Assembly (NCBI GenBank): GCA_030704615.1
Contig: CM060734.1
Span: 21,204,001 to 21,268,000, forward strand
Source: Takakia lepidozioides
Taxonomy: Eukaryota > Plantae > Bryophyta
Length of the DNA stretch: 64,000 nt
Direction: 5' to 3'
In this document: piece by piece, positions 1 to 11,900 of the stretch
How the letters are laid out: the number at the start of each line of letters is the position of its first letter
Position numbering within the stretch: position 1 is the first letter of the stretch
Made by a program: the position numbers and the translations under genes
The notes under the pieces: generated by a model
Databases searched by the model: none
What the model was told of the DNA's origin: nothing
The model's input: the letters and a program-made list of their open reading frames with translations, nothing else

Positions 1-639
1 ACAATAAAACAAATGCAACCATTGCCTAAGAATGACATGCACAAGCAGCCTTCTCCAGAGCTGCCGATTTGCACACGCATTGCAACAATCTAAGGTTCAC
101 TCAACTATATAAGTTCACTCATACAACAAAGCCAGGATGAAGATGCAAAAACAAAGCGAGGTAACAAAGCGAAAGCAAAAATAAATCGAACAAACCGAAA
201 GCAGAAGTGGCTTGCCTGAGAGTACTCGGCTTCAGTTGGCGCAGGTTGTGAGCAAGACACTGGAATCTCCTGCTGGAGCTTCAGTTTGGCCATGCGAGAG
301 ATTGGCCGTCGTCCGTAGTACAGAGCTTTCAACTTCCGCCGCGGTCTGGATGTGAGGTCTCTCTCAGGAGAGCCACGCCCTTCAGGCGGCATAAGTCCCA
401 GCCAAAAGATCTCCTTTTTTGGGGTACATGCCTGGAATACTATGTTAAGCCAAGTTTAGCATGAGATTTAGGGTACGTGTCCAGGAAGCCATGCGTCGCC
501 AGTCCGAATAATAACCGACGGCCGTCGACATTTATTGCCCAACTGCGCAATTAAATGTCGGATGAAGCCCTCAATGTCGGATGAAAATCGACGTAAACAG
601 TCCCGGAATTTCCAACGTAGAGGTAATTCGGAGCGCTGC

Positions 640-1400
640 ACGATGGAATTCCGGCGGCGGATTTCCATCCTGCAGTAATTCGGAGCGCAGTAGGATGGAT
701 ATCCGGCGCCGAATTTCCATCCGCGGAGGAAGGGCGGCGGTGGAATTTCCCTCACGCAGGTAATTCGGAAGCCCGCGGATGGAAATCCGGCGCCGAATTC
801 CATCCGCGGAGGTAGGGCGGCGTGGTAAATTTCCCTCACGCAGGTAATTCGGAAGCCCGCGGATGGAAATCCGGCGCCGAATTTCCATCCGCGGAGGTAG
901 GCGGCGCTGGAAATTTCCCTCACGCAGGTAATTCGGAAGCGCGCGGATGGAAATCCGCGCCGAATTTCCATCCGCGGAGGTAGGGCGGCGCTGGAAATTT
1001 CCTCACGCAGGTAATTCGGAAGCGTGCGGATGGAAATCCGGCGCCGAATTTCCATCCGCGCAGGTAGGCGGTGCGCCAAATTTCCCTCACGCAGGTAATT
1101 TGGAAGCGCGCGGATGGAAATCCGGCGCCGAATTTCCATCCGCGGAGGTAGGGCGGCGCTGGAAATTTCCCTCACGCAGGTAATTCGGAAGCGCGCGGAT
1201 GGAAATCCGGCGCCGAATTTCCATCCCGCGGAGGTAGGGCGGCGCTGGAAATTTCCCCCTCACGCAGGTAATTCGGAAGCGTGCGGATGGAAATCCGGCG
1301 CCGAATTTCCATCCGCGGAGGTAGGGAGGCGGCGCTGGAAATTTCCCTCACGCAGGTAATTCGGAAGCGCGCGGATGAATCCGGCGCCGAATTTCCATCC
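640..1400. repeat. About 84-bp tandem repeat (8 copies), each with a near-palindrome GGATGGAAATCCGGCGCCGAATTTCCATCC
   Basis: CTCACGCAGG recurs at about 751, 836, 919, 1002, 1086, 1172, 1259 and 1347. Confidence 0.9.
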
Positions 1401-2660
1401 TGCAGGTAATTCGAATCCCGGATGAATGGAAATTCGGCGCCGAATTTCCATCCAGCAGGTATGGAATCTCGATGGATGGAGATTCGGCGCCGAATTTCAT
1501 CAGCAGGTAAGTCGGATCGGTGCCGTATGGATATTCGGCGCCGAATTTCCATTCGCCATGTATTTCTGCGCGAGGAATTACCTTCGTGCAGGTATTCCCA
1601 TATAAGAATTACCTTCCTTCCTGCAGTATTCCAGATGAGAATTACCTTCGTGTAGGTAATTATGGGACGATGAATTAACATCGATTGGAATTACCTCAGG
1701 AAGGTAATTCTCATCTGAAAATTACCTGCACGAAGGTAATTCTCATCTGGGAATTACCTGCAGGAAGGTATTCTTATATGGGAATTACCTGCCAAAGGTA
1801 ATTCCTTCCCTCGCGCAGAAATACATGGCGAATGGAATTCGGCGCCGATCCCATCCATCCGAGATTCCACTTACCTGCTGGATGGAATTCGGCGTTGAAT
1901 TTTCCATTCCTCGGGATTCGAATACCTGCAGGATTGAAATCGGCGCCGAATCTCCATCCATCCGGGTTTCCACTTACCTGCTGGATGGAAATTCGGCGCC
2001 GAATTTTCCATTCATCCGGTATTCGAATTACCTACAGGATGGAATTCGGCGCCGAATCTCCATCCATCCGAGATTCCACTTACCTGCTGGATGGAAATCA
2101 CACTCGCCGCCGGCCTCTGCGCCCAGGCGAATTCATCATCCGTGCGTCCCCTGTTCGATATTCGGTGCCGAATTTCCGTCCGGGGGTTTGAAATGTGACG
2201 GCCAAGTGCAGGCCACTCCCCCCTCCCCAGACTGCATCCGAACCGCCCGGATGGAAATTCGGCGCCGTTTTTCCATCTGGGGATGTTTTTATGCCGTCCA
2301 GTTTTCGGCCTGACCCCCCGACAACGACTCCCTTTGGGGGGCCCGGATGGAAATTCGGCGCCGAATCTTCATCCAGGGGATGTTCTCTGTCGCACACACT
2401 CCGGCCTCTGCGCCCGAGTCGACTTCATCCCGGGCTTCCTCTGTTGGAATTCGGCGCCGTTTTTTGCATCCGCGGATGTTTTATGTCGGCCAGTTTCGAC
2501 CTGACCCCCCACAGGATTCCTTTGGGGGGTCTGAATGGAAATTCCGGCGCTGATTTCCATCCGGGGGATGTTCTCTGTCGGACAGAGTGCCGCATCTCTG
2601 CCCCAGACGACTCATCCGTGCGGCCTTGTTGGATATTGGGGTGCCGAATTTCCATCGGGG
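1376..2660. repeat. Palindrome-rich subterminal region: internal foldback, GAATTACC..GGTAATTC units, and 53-bp-period GGCGCC palindromes
   Basis: Repeated GGAAATTCGGCGCCGAATTTCC. Repeated GAATTACCT-N-AGGTAATTC at about 30-bp spacing (1575-1805). Inverted arms flank about 1630-1750. Confidence 0.85.
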
Positions 2661-2964
2661 GTAGTAATGTGACAGCACGGTGCGGCCTTCTTTTCTCCCC
2701 TTCAGCCAACCCACATCAATCTGGACGGCCCCCACTTTCTGACTGTCATACGTTGGCAGTTATTGCGCAAAGACCAGGGGCCGCATTCCGGAGACAAGGT
2801 TCATTAACACTCTGACTGTGGATTTTGAGATAGTTGGCTCCCTGGATTTGGATCAGGCTTCGTCGCTCGGACAAATCGGCACCGCATTCCTTCCTCGCTG
2901 CATCCCCCTTCTACCAGGGAGCTTCCCCGCACGCCATCCTGGCAGTCTTGTGTGCATATCTTCC

Positions 2965-5900
2965 ATGGCGGAAAACCCGAGCGCTACAGTGTACTGCCCT
3001 CCTCACGAGCATAGAGCTTCATTTCCGTGCAGAGGGGACATCTGCCGGGTGATGGAGAAATATCTGTGCGTTCGATACCACCTGAAACCGGGGTCGGTTT
3101 TTTTTGGAGGAGGAAAGGAAGGACTCAAACGGCCTTGTTGTCGAGAGTATTGTTGTGCTCACGATGATTCGGCGATGGCAGGGAATGGCGAGTTCCACCA
3201 TCGGACAGCGTCATATACAGGGCTGTTGGTGACTTCATTTGCCGCCAAATGCACCTTCTATCCTGGCGCCTTCCACGAACAATCCGCGAATCAGAGAGTG
3301 GCTACCTCAAAGAGAGAGTCCGCAACGAAGTAAATCCAGAGCCGAACCCATCCATGAAGACGCGCGAGAACCGGGTTGTTCACAACCTGTCCGACTCAGA
3401 CGAGGTCATGGAAGTTCCGAGGGTCGTCCTGGAGATCAGGCAAGTCCTCAATGGACGTCAGTGGAGGAGGGAGTCATATTCCCAGCACGAGCACCGCAGT
3501 TCGATCTATTCTTGAAATTCTGCGAGGGCTTCACCTGGAGGGACACCGGTCGGAGCTGGCCGGGCTGGACTACAGCAAGTTCGCAATTAAATCGGTTACA
3601 TGCCTTCCCGCCGACGTCGACAGTAATATCTTCTTTGAGTTCCCTCCTCGGGCGGACTACTCGAGGGCGTCCGGAATGTTGACAGATATGGATAGAAAAC
3701 ATTGGTCATCCTTGGCGTTACCAAAATCACCAGCATGAGATGCTTGATGGTGTGCGGGTGCGCTACGTTGTTTGTGCGGGCGCGTTGCGGTGTTTCTCCC
3801 CCCAACTTGCTTCCACTTTAAATCCAGAGGTCACAAGAACGAGACCGATTGGACAGGCACTCATCAACCATTTCGAGCTCAGGAGAAGGTTCCGAACTCC
3901 ACATTTAAGTGTGTGCATTGCAAAGAAACCACCACACTGCATGTCTGTTTGTAATGCCAAGCAGTTCTATGTGTTGCACCGTTTCCCTGACCTCACCCGA
4001 GCTTGCATACACGTTGGTTCCCATTGTCACAAATTGGCGAGGGGGAACTCGCGGGAGGCTGCCCACGATGCAGAGCAGCTCGTTCAGGAGGAGGTTAAGT
4101 TGAGACCGGGTGCCAAACCAAACAGATACAGCTCCAAGCCGCCCATAAGATGGCATTGGCCAGAATTATGTCGGAAGACGGCTCCGATAGAGTTCCTCTC
4201 GACGAGAAGAAATGGAGGCATTGCTGGAGTCGGTGTCCCACGTATGTTCACCGAATGTCCGAAACCACATTGTCTCATGCAAACAGAAAATTGGCGTGGC
4301 TCGGATATGCACTCCATTCTGGAGGTGAAGCGACGATGTGGATATGACTACATTCATGGAAGTAGGTTTCCAGGACAAGGGACTGAGGCAGATCGTTGTT
4401 TCGTATTCAAAATGTCCACGTGTGGACCTGGCAGTGGCGTCGAACTGGTCGACAGGATGACGAGTGGGAACTTGTCAAACAGTTGGGTCATGTTCGACCA
4501 TATCAAGCGAATTACAATCACCAGTGGGTGACAATGGGTGCACATGTCTACGACACCCACTGCAGGATGCTAATGACAATTGCTATTTGTGAGATGAAAG
4601 GAGAGGACACACAATCGGAGATGCTTCTTTGGCAGGGAATAAACGAACAGATGGCCAAGGCGGGATTGCCCCCTCCAATTTCCGTGGTTTCATGGCGGAC
4701 AACGCACAAGCAAATTGGGCTGCCATCCGAAGGGTGTACGGGCAAGACCCCATGTTCCCATGGAAGGCAAGGAGAGATCTTGTGGGTTCCATTTTCTGCA
4801 GAGCCTTTCGCAGTACACAACCAGGCTCGTGGCGCCAGATTTCAGAGAGGAGCACCGTTCCATGTGCCTTGCGTGGAAGCGCGCTCCCACCTTGGATGAT
4901 GCAGAGACACAGTTTGCATGCATACGGGCTTGGTGGACATCGTCAGGTGCTGTAAGGAAATCAGACGAAGGAGCAATGGTCAGTTGGCTAGCATGGTGGC
5001 ATTATCGTTTCCTCCAGTTCGGCGACTATATGCGGGAGGTGAGTTTGCACGAATTCGCGTCCCGTTGTATTATTCTTGGCCATATTTGTAACTTGCTTGT
5101 AACCTGAACATGTGCTTGTGTAGGAAATGTGTCTCGACTCCGACACCGACATGCCCACGACAAACATGGCCGAATCAGTGCACTCTTCCTGGCGTGCCTC
5201 CTCTGCGGCGCATCTGGTGGACATCCTCACTGCCAACGGAGGACATTGTGAGGTCAATTATGCAGCAATGCAGGTACAACGAGTTCTTGAAAGGGAAACA
5301 TGGGGGCTTGGGCCGGACAGGCAGGAAATGCTGATGCGGAGTGCCTCCAGATCGAAGAATCCTCGGAAGTGGGGCGGCGGCCTTGCGAGAGGGCCTTCGG
5401 GACACGCCATTGCTGCGAAGAGGCCAACATTTGGAAGGATGATTTCATACCCGTCCAGTGAGACGAAGACTTGACGAGGCACCTGGCGGAGAAGAGGATT
5501 CATGGCGAGCTCTGACAAGAATATTCGCACGCTCCCTCGTGGTCCGGTGATGTTGTCCGAGAGGTCTCGTCGAGCACCGGAAGTCCTGCACGTTCAGATC
5601 GCCATCTCCTTTGAGCACAGGGCGCGTGCCCCGGCAACATAACGAGCCATCTGTAGTAAAGCAATACAACATTCCATTGTGGAGAACAAGAGTGTCGGAG
5701 TCACAGTGGAGAATTGCGAGGACATTGCCGGCATTTTTCGAGGGAAGTGTTGCGCCATCCGGGTGGATACGAGAGCACGCTGTGGTGAGATGATTCGGAG
5801 GAACCCACACGGTGCTGTACCTGCACCTTGTTTCATTCAGCGGCAGATTTTTGACTCCCACATTTGCTCACGCCACAACGCAGACATTTTGGTTCTGTAG

Positions 5901-6545
5901 GCACGACATAATGACCTGTGTATTTGGCAAGCCCAAGTACGGGATTCAGGGAATGCCGAGCCTCCGGGCGTCTGGCCTGTTGCACCGGGTTGCAGCCTCC
6001 TCTCAGAATGAGGCGGATGCTCTATCTGCAGCAGGATTTCGAAGGTGCAACGCCAGACATCCCCGGCCCACGCATTTTCCGTTTCCTCAGACCCAGCCCC
6101 TGCAGACTGCTCGGTCCAGTAGAGACGGATTGGACAATCCTGCATATCCCCAATGCGATTCGGAAGAGTGAAGAGACGAAACATCCCTCCCAACAAGTTG
6201 AATGAGACTCGGTTGCCAATGCTCTTGGGATGGCTTTGCACTATTCAGAGCTCCGTGGACGTAACCCCCCCCCGCCTTGGGCGTGTGTATCGGATGGCAA
6301 CGGCCGGCTCGGCTGTACGCGACGATGTATACACAATTACGATTGGAGTGGAGCCGACTTGCACTGTACGGACTTCTCGTTGATGGAAGCAAAAGGGTTC
6401 GAAGTAGTTATCCGTGCAAGCATCTGTATTACATTTACCTGAAGAGGTTGAGGATGAACGTGACTATTGATGACTTTATTCATGCACCGCGTTGAGCGTG
6501 AACGAGCTGCACAAACTCCTCCTTAGGGATTCCAGAAATCATTGA
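2965..6545 (+). pseudogene. MULE transposase, frameshifted copy (two exons, intron 5039-5123)
   Basis: ORF-track fragments (MAENPSAT, CAGALRC, WVMFDH, FMADNAQANW, CGFH, TTNMAES, YPCKHLYY) are collinear with the intact copy at 45886-42294 but broken by many small indels. The indels may be partly sequencing error. Confidence 0.85.
5039..5123 (+). other. Spliceosomal intron in transposase copy A
   Basis: GAG|GTGAGT donor and TGTAG|GAAATG acceptor, at the same position as the intron that restores the reading frame in copy B. Confidence 0.8.
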
Positions 6546-6699
6546 TGGGCAAACGGAATCCTCCATATGGATATTTTCAAATGCATTTTGCTGTATCAGA
6601 CGTTTTTTTTGCAGTGTAATGAAGGCACCCCCAAACTCCTGGAATGAGGCAATATTCATTCAAACTGAGATCCAACAGAAGCAGTTGTGGGGCCATTTC

Positions 6700-6935
6700 T
6701 GGAAAATGGCGCCGAATTTCTCTTTTTGGGGCGAAAACTCGCTAAGTCCCAACATGCACTGTACCTGTGTTTGGGAAAATGGCGCCGAAGTCTCCTTTTT
6801 GGGGCCGAAACAACTGGCTAGTCCCAACATGCCTGGTACCGTGTCTGGAAAATGGCGCCGAATTTCTCTTTTTTTTTTTGGGCCGAAAACTGGCTAAGTC
6901 CTAACATGCACTGGAAAATGGCGCCGAATTACCTT
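6700..6935. repeat. 3' subterminal repeats of about 76 bp (3 copies) carrying the GGCGCCGAATTT half-site
   Basis: AAAATGGCGCCGAA(T/G)TTCTCTTTT..GGCCGAAAACT..CTAAGTCC.AACATGC repeated three times. Confidence 0.85.
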
Positions 6936-8451
6936 GTCATGAGGGGGACCTAATGCCGCGGAATTCGGCACCATTTTTTCGCCATAGAGACCTTTGCCGC
7001 CTTGCCGGCGAAATAATGGCGCCGTTTTTTTCAGGTTACCGGACCCTATTAAATACCATTACCTTTTACCACCCACCCGCGAAATGCTGCGCCATATTGC
7101 ACTTCGCTGGAATTGGCATGAGCGGAAGACGAAATATCATGAGGCACAACTGTCAAAAGTGCAATTTTCCCTTCAAGGGCCGAATATATAGGGGTTGTTT
7201 CGGACACATTGCAAGGTAAATTATGGTGGGGTAGTTTGGTTTTATTTATTTTCGAAATTTGTACTTCTGCTCATGAAAACGATTGTGGTTCTACTTCTGC
7301 TCATGCCGCTATGCCGCTCATGCTCCTGAAATAGCAAACCTCTTTGGATACGTAATTTGCACAACCTGCTGCTTTTGTCAAACCTCATTTCCAGAGTACT
7401 GATAGTGCTTTGGTAACGAGTGACCAATACATTCAACACATTCGAGAAAAAACACAACAAAAAGAGGCTTTCCTCAGGGAAAGAGAGCCCAAAAAAGTGG
7501 AGAAGGATAGACTATCGGCAGCTAGAAAAATTCTTACTGCTCGCCATAATCCGAAAAGAGAAAGAAGGGATGCTCAGCATCTTAAAACCATTGTCTGATA
7601 AGGATGATGTTATCAAGATGCAGATGGAGAGATCACACATAAAGGGAGCTCGACTTGCTGAATGGAAAAGCAATTGATGGATGCCCTCGGCAGCAAAATG
7701 TTGAATAGGAGAAGCGACCTCCTATATCGATCAATCCTGAGGAGCGATATGTGAAGTTGGAGACTGAACTAAACAAGTACAAGGCTATGGTGGAGACAGA
7801 GATGGCGACCTTGCAGACCACAACAACTGCTCAATTTGGGAGTTCAGAGCGATTGAGGGATAACTCGGTGCAAGCTCCATATCTATTGGGGAGCCATATT
7901 CTTGTGTATTGGGGTGGATGGTATTCATTGCATGCCGATAGCCTTAGCCAGGGGTATCGTATGAATAGGCGATATCCTGAAGGCAGCTTTCAATGGCAAG
8001 AGGAACCCCTTGATTTTGAGATTGTGGATGGGCATTTCTGTGCTACTTCACAAGCTGCAAATGAATTATTCTTAGATCGCTGCAACGAGCTTCTAATATC
8101 TTTATCGATAAATTGGCTGGTAGAACGACAATTAACTCTGAGGGAATCTCCTCTATTCTCTCATTACTTAATTCTCCCATTCAGATGATCTTCACCACCA
8201 ATCTTCTTTATTTAACTCAACTAAGGATTTCCCCTTCCCAAGTTATTACTCCACTCCTTCATTAATTTCTGGATAACCATCAAAGGACGATACCACATCT
8301 GTACCCAATTGTGTCCTCCATGACAATGTCTTATATAAAGTTGAATTTCCTTTGTACCAACAACAGCCTCTACTCCCACTCTCTTAATTGCAGTAGTTCC
8401 ACATCATTAATATATAGGCTCTTGAATATCACGATCGATATATCATTCGGT

Positions 8452-8951
8452 NNNNNNNNNNNNNNNNNNNNNNNNNNNNNNNNNNNNNNNNNNNNNNNNN
8501 NNNNNNNNNNNNNNNNNNNNNNNNNNNNNNNNNNNNNNNNNNNNNNNNNNNNNNNNNNNNNNNNNNNNNNNNNNNNNNNNNNNNNNNNNNNNNNNNNNNN
8601 NNNNNNNNNNNNNNNNNNNNNNNNNNNNNNNNNNNNNNNNNNNNNNNNNNNNNNNNNNNNNNNNNNNNNNNNNNNNNNNNNNNNNNNNNNNNNNNNNNNN
8701 NNNNNNNNNNNNNNNNNNNNNNNNNNNNNNNNNNNNNNNNNNNNNNNNNNNNNNNNNNNNNNNNNNNNNNNNNNNNNNNNNNNNNNNNNNNNNNNNNNNN
8801 NNNNNNNNNNNNNNNNNNNNNNNNNNNNNNNNNNNNNNNNNNNNNNNNNNNNNNNNNNNNNNNNNNNNNNNNNNNNNNNNNNNNNNNNNNNNNNNNNNNN
8901 NNNNNNNNNNNNNNNNNNNNNNNNNNNNNNNNNNNNNNNNNNNNNNNNNNN
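8452..8951. other. Assembly gap (500 N)
   Basis: Run of exactly 500 N, typical of a fixed-size scaffold gap. Confidence 0.99.
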
Positions 8952-11900
8952 TCATAGAGAGTTCTGCAATAGTGAGCGAAAAAGAGAACACCTTTTTTGG
9001 GGGGGCATTTTTGATTGTGTCCAAATTTTGGCGGGGGAGTAGCCGTGGGATGCTGGAAGCCGCAGAACAAAATTGAGCCAAAAACAAAATCGATACGTGC
9101 CAGAAACCCCCACTGAAAGGCAGTGCAAACCTATTTATTGGCTTAAAATAATTTAAATTCAATTAAAAATGTGGAATGGCTTGAGGGGGGAGCGCGTCGA
9201 TGGGGAGGCAAATGATTTATTCGTCTGTTGTGTCTCCGCACACGTGTTCAAGCACGTGCGGGCAAAAGAGGGGCTTCAACCACAACCGTTCAATGGGTGC
9301 AATAGCCGTGCACGCATTGCAGGATTTCTTTTTCGCATTGAACAAAACCAGATGACAAGTGAACGCCTCATTGGACAATGGAACGATTTTCGATTGATCT
9401 CGTATTACACTGGGACGTATCAGAGGGTACATTGAACACACTGGCCAAGGTTTGAAAGCGAACGAAAATCATTTGGATGGGCAACCATCCGTTGGCCCAT
9501 TGAACGAATTTCGATTGATCTCATATTACTCTGGGGCCTCTTACATGGCACATTGAACATAGTGGCCAAGTCTCAAGCGAACCAAAATCATTTCGATGGC
9601 CAACCATCCGTTGAGCCATCGAATGAATTTTCGATTGATCTGATATTAGTCCGGGACCTGTGAGAGGGTGTCTGGAACGTGCTGGCAAAGTTTGGAAGCT
9701 AACAAAAATGATTTGGATGGGCAACCATCCGTTCACCCCGTTGAATGTATTCTGTTGGAGCTGCTATTGCTTTGGGACCTGTTGGACTGTGTTTCGCGTG
9801 CTCACGATTTGTTTTTTCATTCCGTTTTTGAATGGGGCGTGTAATGTAGCCATATGCAATGTGCGTGCCAATTTGGGAGCGATCAAAATTCATTTGGACC
9901 CAAAACCACAGTTTCTTCCCTGTTTTGCACTCCAAACTTGATTTGGCGTTCTACTTCATGCACTCTTCATAGAGAGTTCTGCAATAGTGAGCGAAAGAGA
10001 ACACCTTTTTTGGGGGGGCATTTTTGATTGGTCCAAATTTTGGCGGGGGAGTAGCCGTGGGATGCTGGAAGCCGCAGAACAAAATTGAGCCAAAAACAAA
10101 ATCGATACGTGCCAGAACCCCCCACTGAAAGGCAGTGCAAACCTATTTATTGGCTTAAAATAAATTTAAATTCAATTAAAAATGTGGAATGGCTTGAGGG
10201 GGGAGCGCGTCGATGGGGAGGCAAATGATTTATTCGTCTGTTGTGTCTCCGCACACGTTTCAAGCACGTGCGGGCAAAAGAGGGGCTTCAACCACAACCG
10301 TTCAATGGGTGCAATAGCCGTGCACGCATTGCAGGATTTCTTTTTCGCATTGAACAAAAACCAGATGACAAGTGAACGCCTCATTGGACAATGGAACGAT
10401 TTTCGATTGATCTCGTATTACACTGGGACGTATCAGAGGGTGTACATTGAACACACTGGCCAAGGTTTGAAAGCGAACGAAAATCATTTGGATGGGCAAC
10501 CATCCGTTGGCCCATTGAACGAATTTCGATTGATCTCATATTACTCTGGGGCCTCTTACATGGCACATTGAACATAGTGGCCAAGTCTCAAAGCGAACCA
10601 AAATCATTTCGATGGCCAACCATCCGTTGAGCCATCGAATGAATTTTCGATTGATCTGATATTAGTCCGGGACCTGTGAGAGGTGTCTGGAACGTGCTGG
10701 CAAAGTTTGGAAGCTAACAAAAATGATTTGGATGGGCAACCATCCGTTCACCCGTTGAATGTATTCTGTTGGAGCTGCTATTGCTTTGGGACCTGTTTGG
10801 ACTGTGTTTCGCGTGCTCACGAAATTGTTTTTCATTCCGTTTTTGAATGGGGCGTGTAATGTAGCCATATGCAATGTGCGTGCCAAATTTGGGAGCGATC
10901 AAAATTCATTTGGACCCAAAACCACAGTTTCTTCCCTGTTTTGCACTCCAAACTTGATTTGGCGTTCTACTTCATGCACTCTTCATAGAGAGTTCTGCAA
11001 TAGTGAGCGAAAAAGAGAACACCTTTTTTGGGGGGCATTTTTGATTGGTCCAAATTTTGGCGGGGGAGTAGCCGTGGGATGCTGGAAGCCGCAGAACAAA
11101 ATTGAGCCAAAAACAAATCGATACGTGCCAGAAACCCCCCTGAAAGGCAGTGCAAACCTATTTATTGGCTTAAAATAAATTTAAATTCAATTAAAATGTG
11201 GAATGGCTTGAGGGGGGGCGCGTCGATGGGGAGGCAAATGATTTATTTATTCGTCTGTTGTCTCTCCGCACACGTGTCAAGCACGTGCGGGCAAAAGAGG
11301 GGCTTCAACCACAACCGTTCAATGGGTGCAATAGCCGTGCACGCATTGCAGGATTTCTTTTTCGCATTGAACAAAAACCAGATGACAAGTGAACGCCTCA
11401 TTGGACAATGGAACGATTTTCGATTGATCTCGTATTACACTGGGACGTATCAGAGGGTACATTGAACACACTGGCCAAGGTTTGAAAGCGAACGAAATCA
11501 TTTGGATGGGCAACCATCCGTTGGCCCATTGAACGAATTTCGATTGATCTCATATTACTCTGGGGCCTCTTACATGGCACATTGAACATAGTGGCCAAGT
11601 CTCAAAGCGAACCAAAATCATTTCGATGGCCAACCATCCGTTGAGCCATCGAATGAATTTTCGATTGATCTGATATTAGTCCGGGACCTGTGAGAGGGTG
11701 TCTGGAACGTGCTGGCAAAGTTTGGAAGCTAACAAAAATGATTTGGATGGGCAACCATCCGTTCACCCGTTGAATGTTTTCTGTGGAGCTGCTATTGCTT
11801 TGGGACCTGTTGGACTGTGTTTCGCGTGCTCACGATTTGTTTTTCATTCCGTTTTTGAATGGGGCGTGTAATGTAGCCATATGCAATGTGCGTGCCAATT

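Larger units (their letters stand above)
477..7342 (+). mobile_element. Mutator-like (MULE) DNA transposon, copy A, without TIRs
   Basis: Reverse-complement match to 41537-48616 runs from GTGTCCAGGAAGCC (477) to ATAGCAAACCTC (7342) and stops there. Contains MULE transposase fragments. Flanks TTAGGGTAC (468-476) and TTTGGATAC (7343-7351) match 7/9, a plausible degenerate 9-bp TSD. Confidence 0.85.

Noticed and set aside
105-392. 95-aa ORF at the window start
   Set aside because: No domain evidence.
468-2815. MEIRRRISI / WKFGAEFP repeat proteins (also at 46-48.9 kb)
   Set aside because: Translation artefacts of a palindromic DNA repeat; the same peptides appear on both strands.
7343-8451. Short ORFs between copy A and the gap
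   Set aside because: No recognisable motif and fragmentary; cannot assign.
8311-9162. ORFs of 213-243 aa
   Set aside because: They run through the N gap.
9380-9750. 5S rDNA array (120-bp subunits, GGATGGGCAACC resembling box C)
   Set aside because: No 5S 5' end or conserved core, the A/C box spacing is about 20 nt too long, and the subunits are highly diverged from one another.
8952-9967. Satellite monomer as a tandem Helitron
   Set aside because: Hairpins exist (CACTG-AAAGG-CAGTG; TGCAAT..ATTGCA), but no hairpin followed by a CTRR end and TC start was identified.
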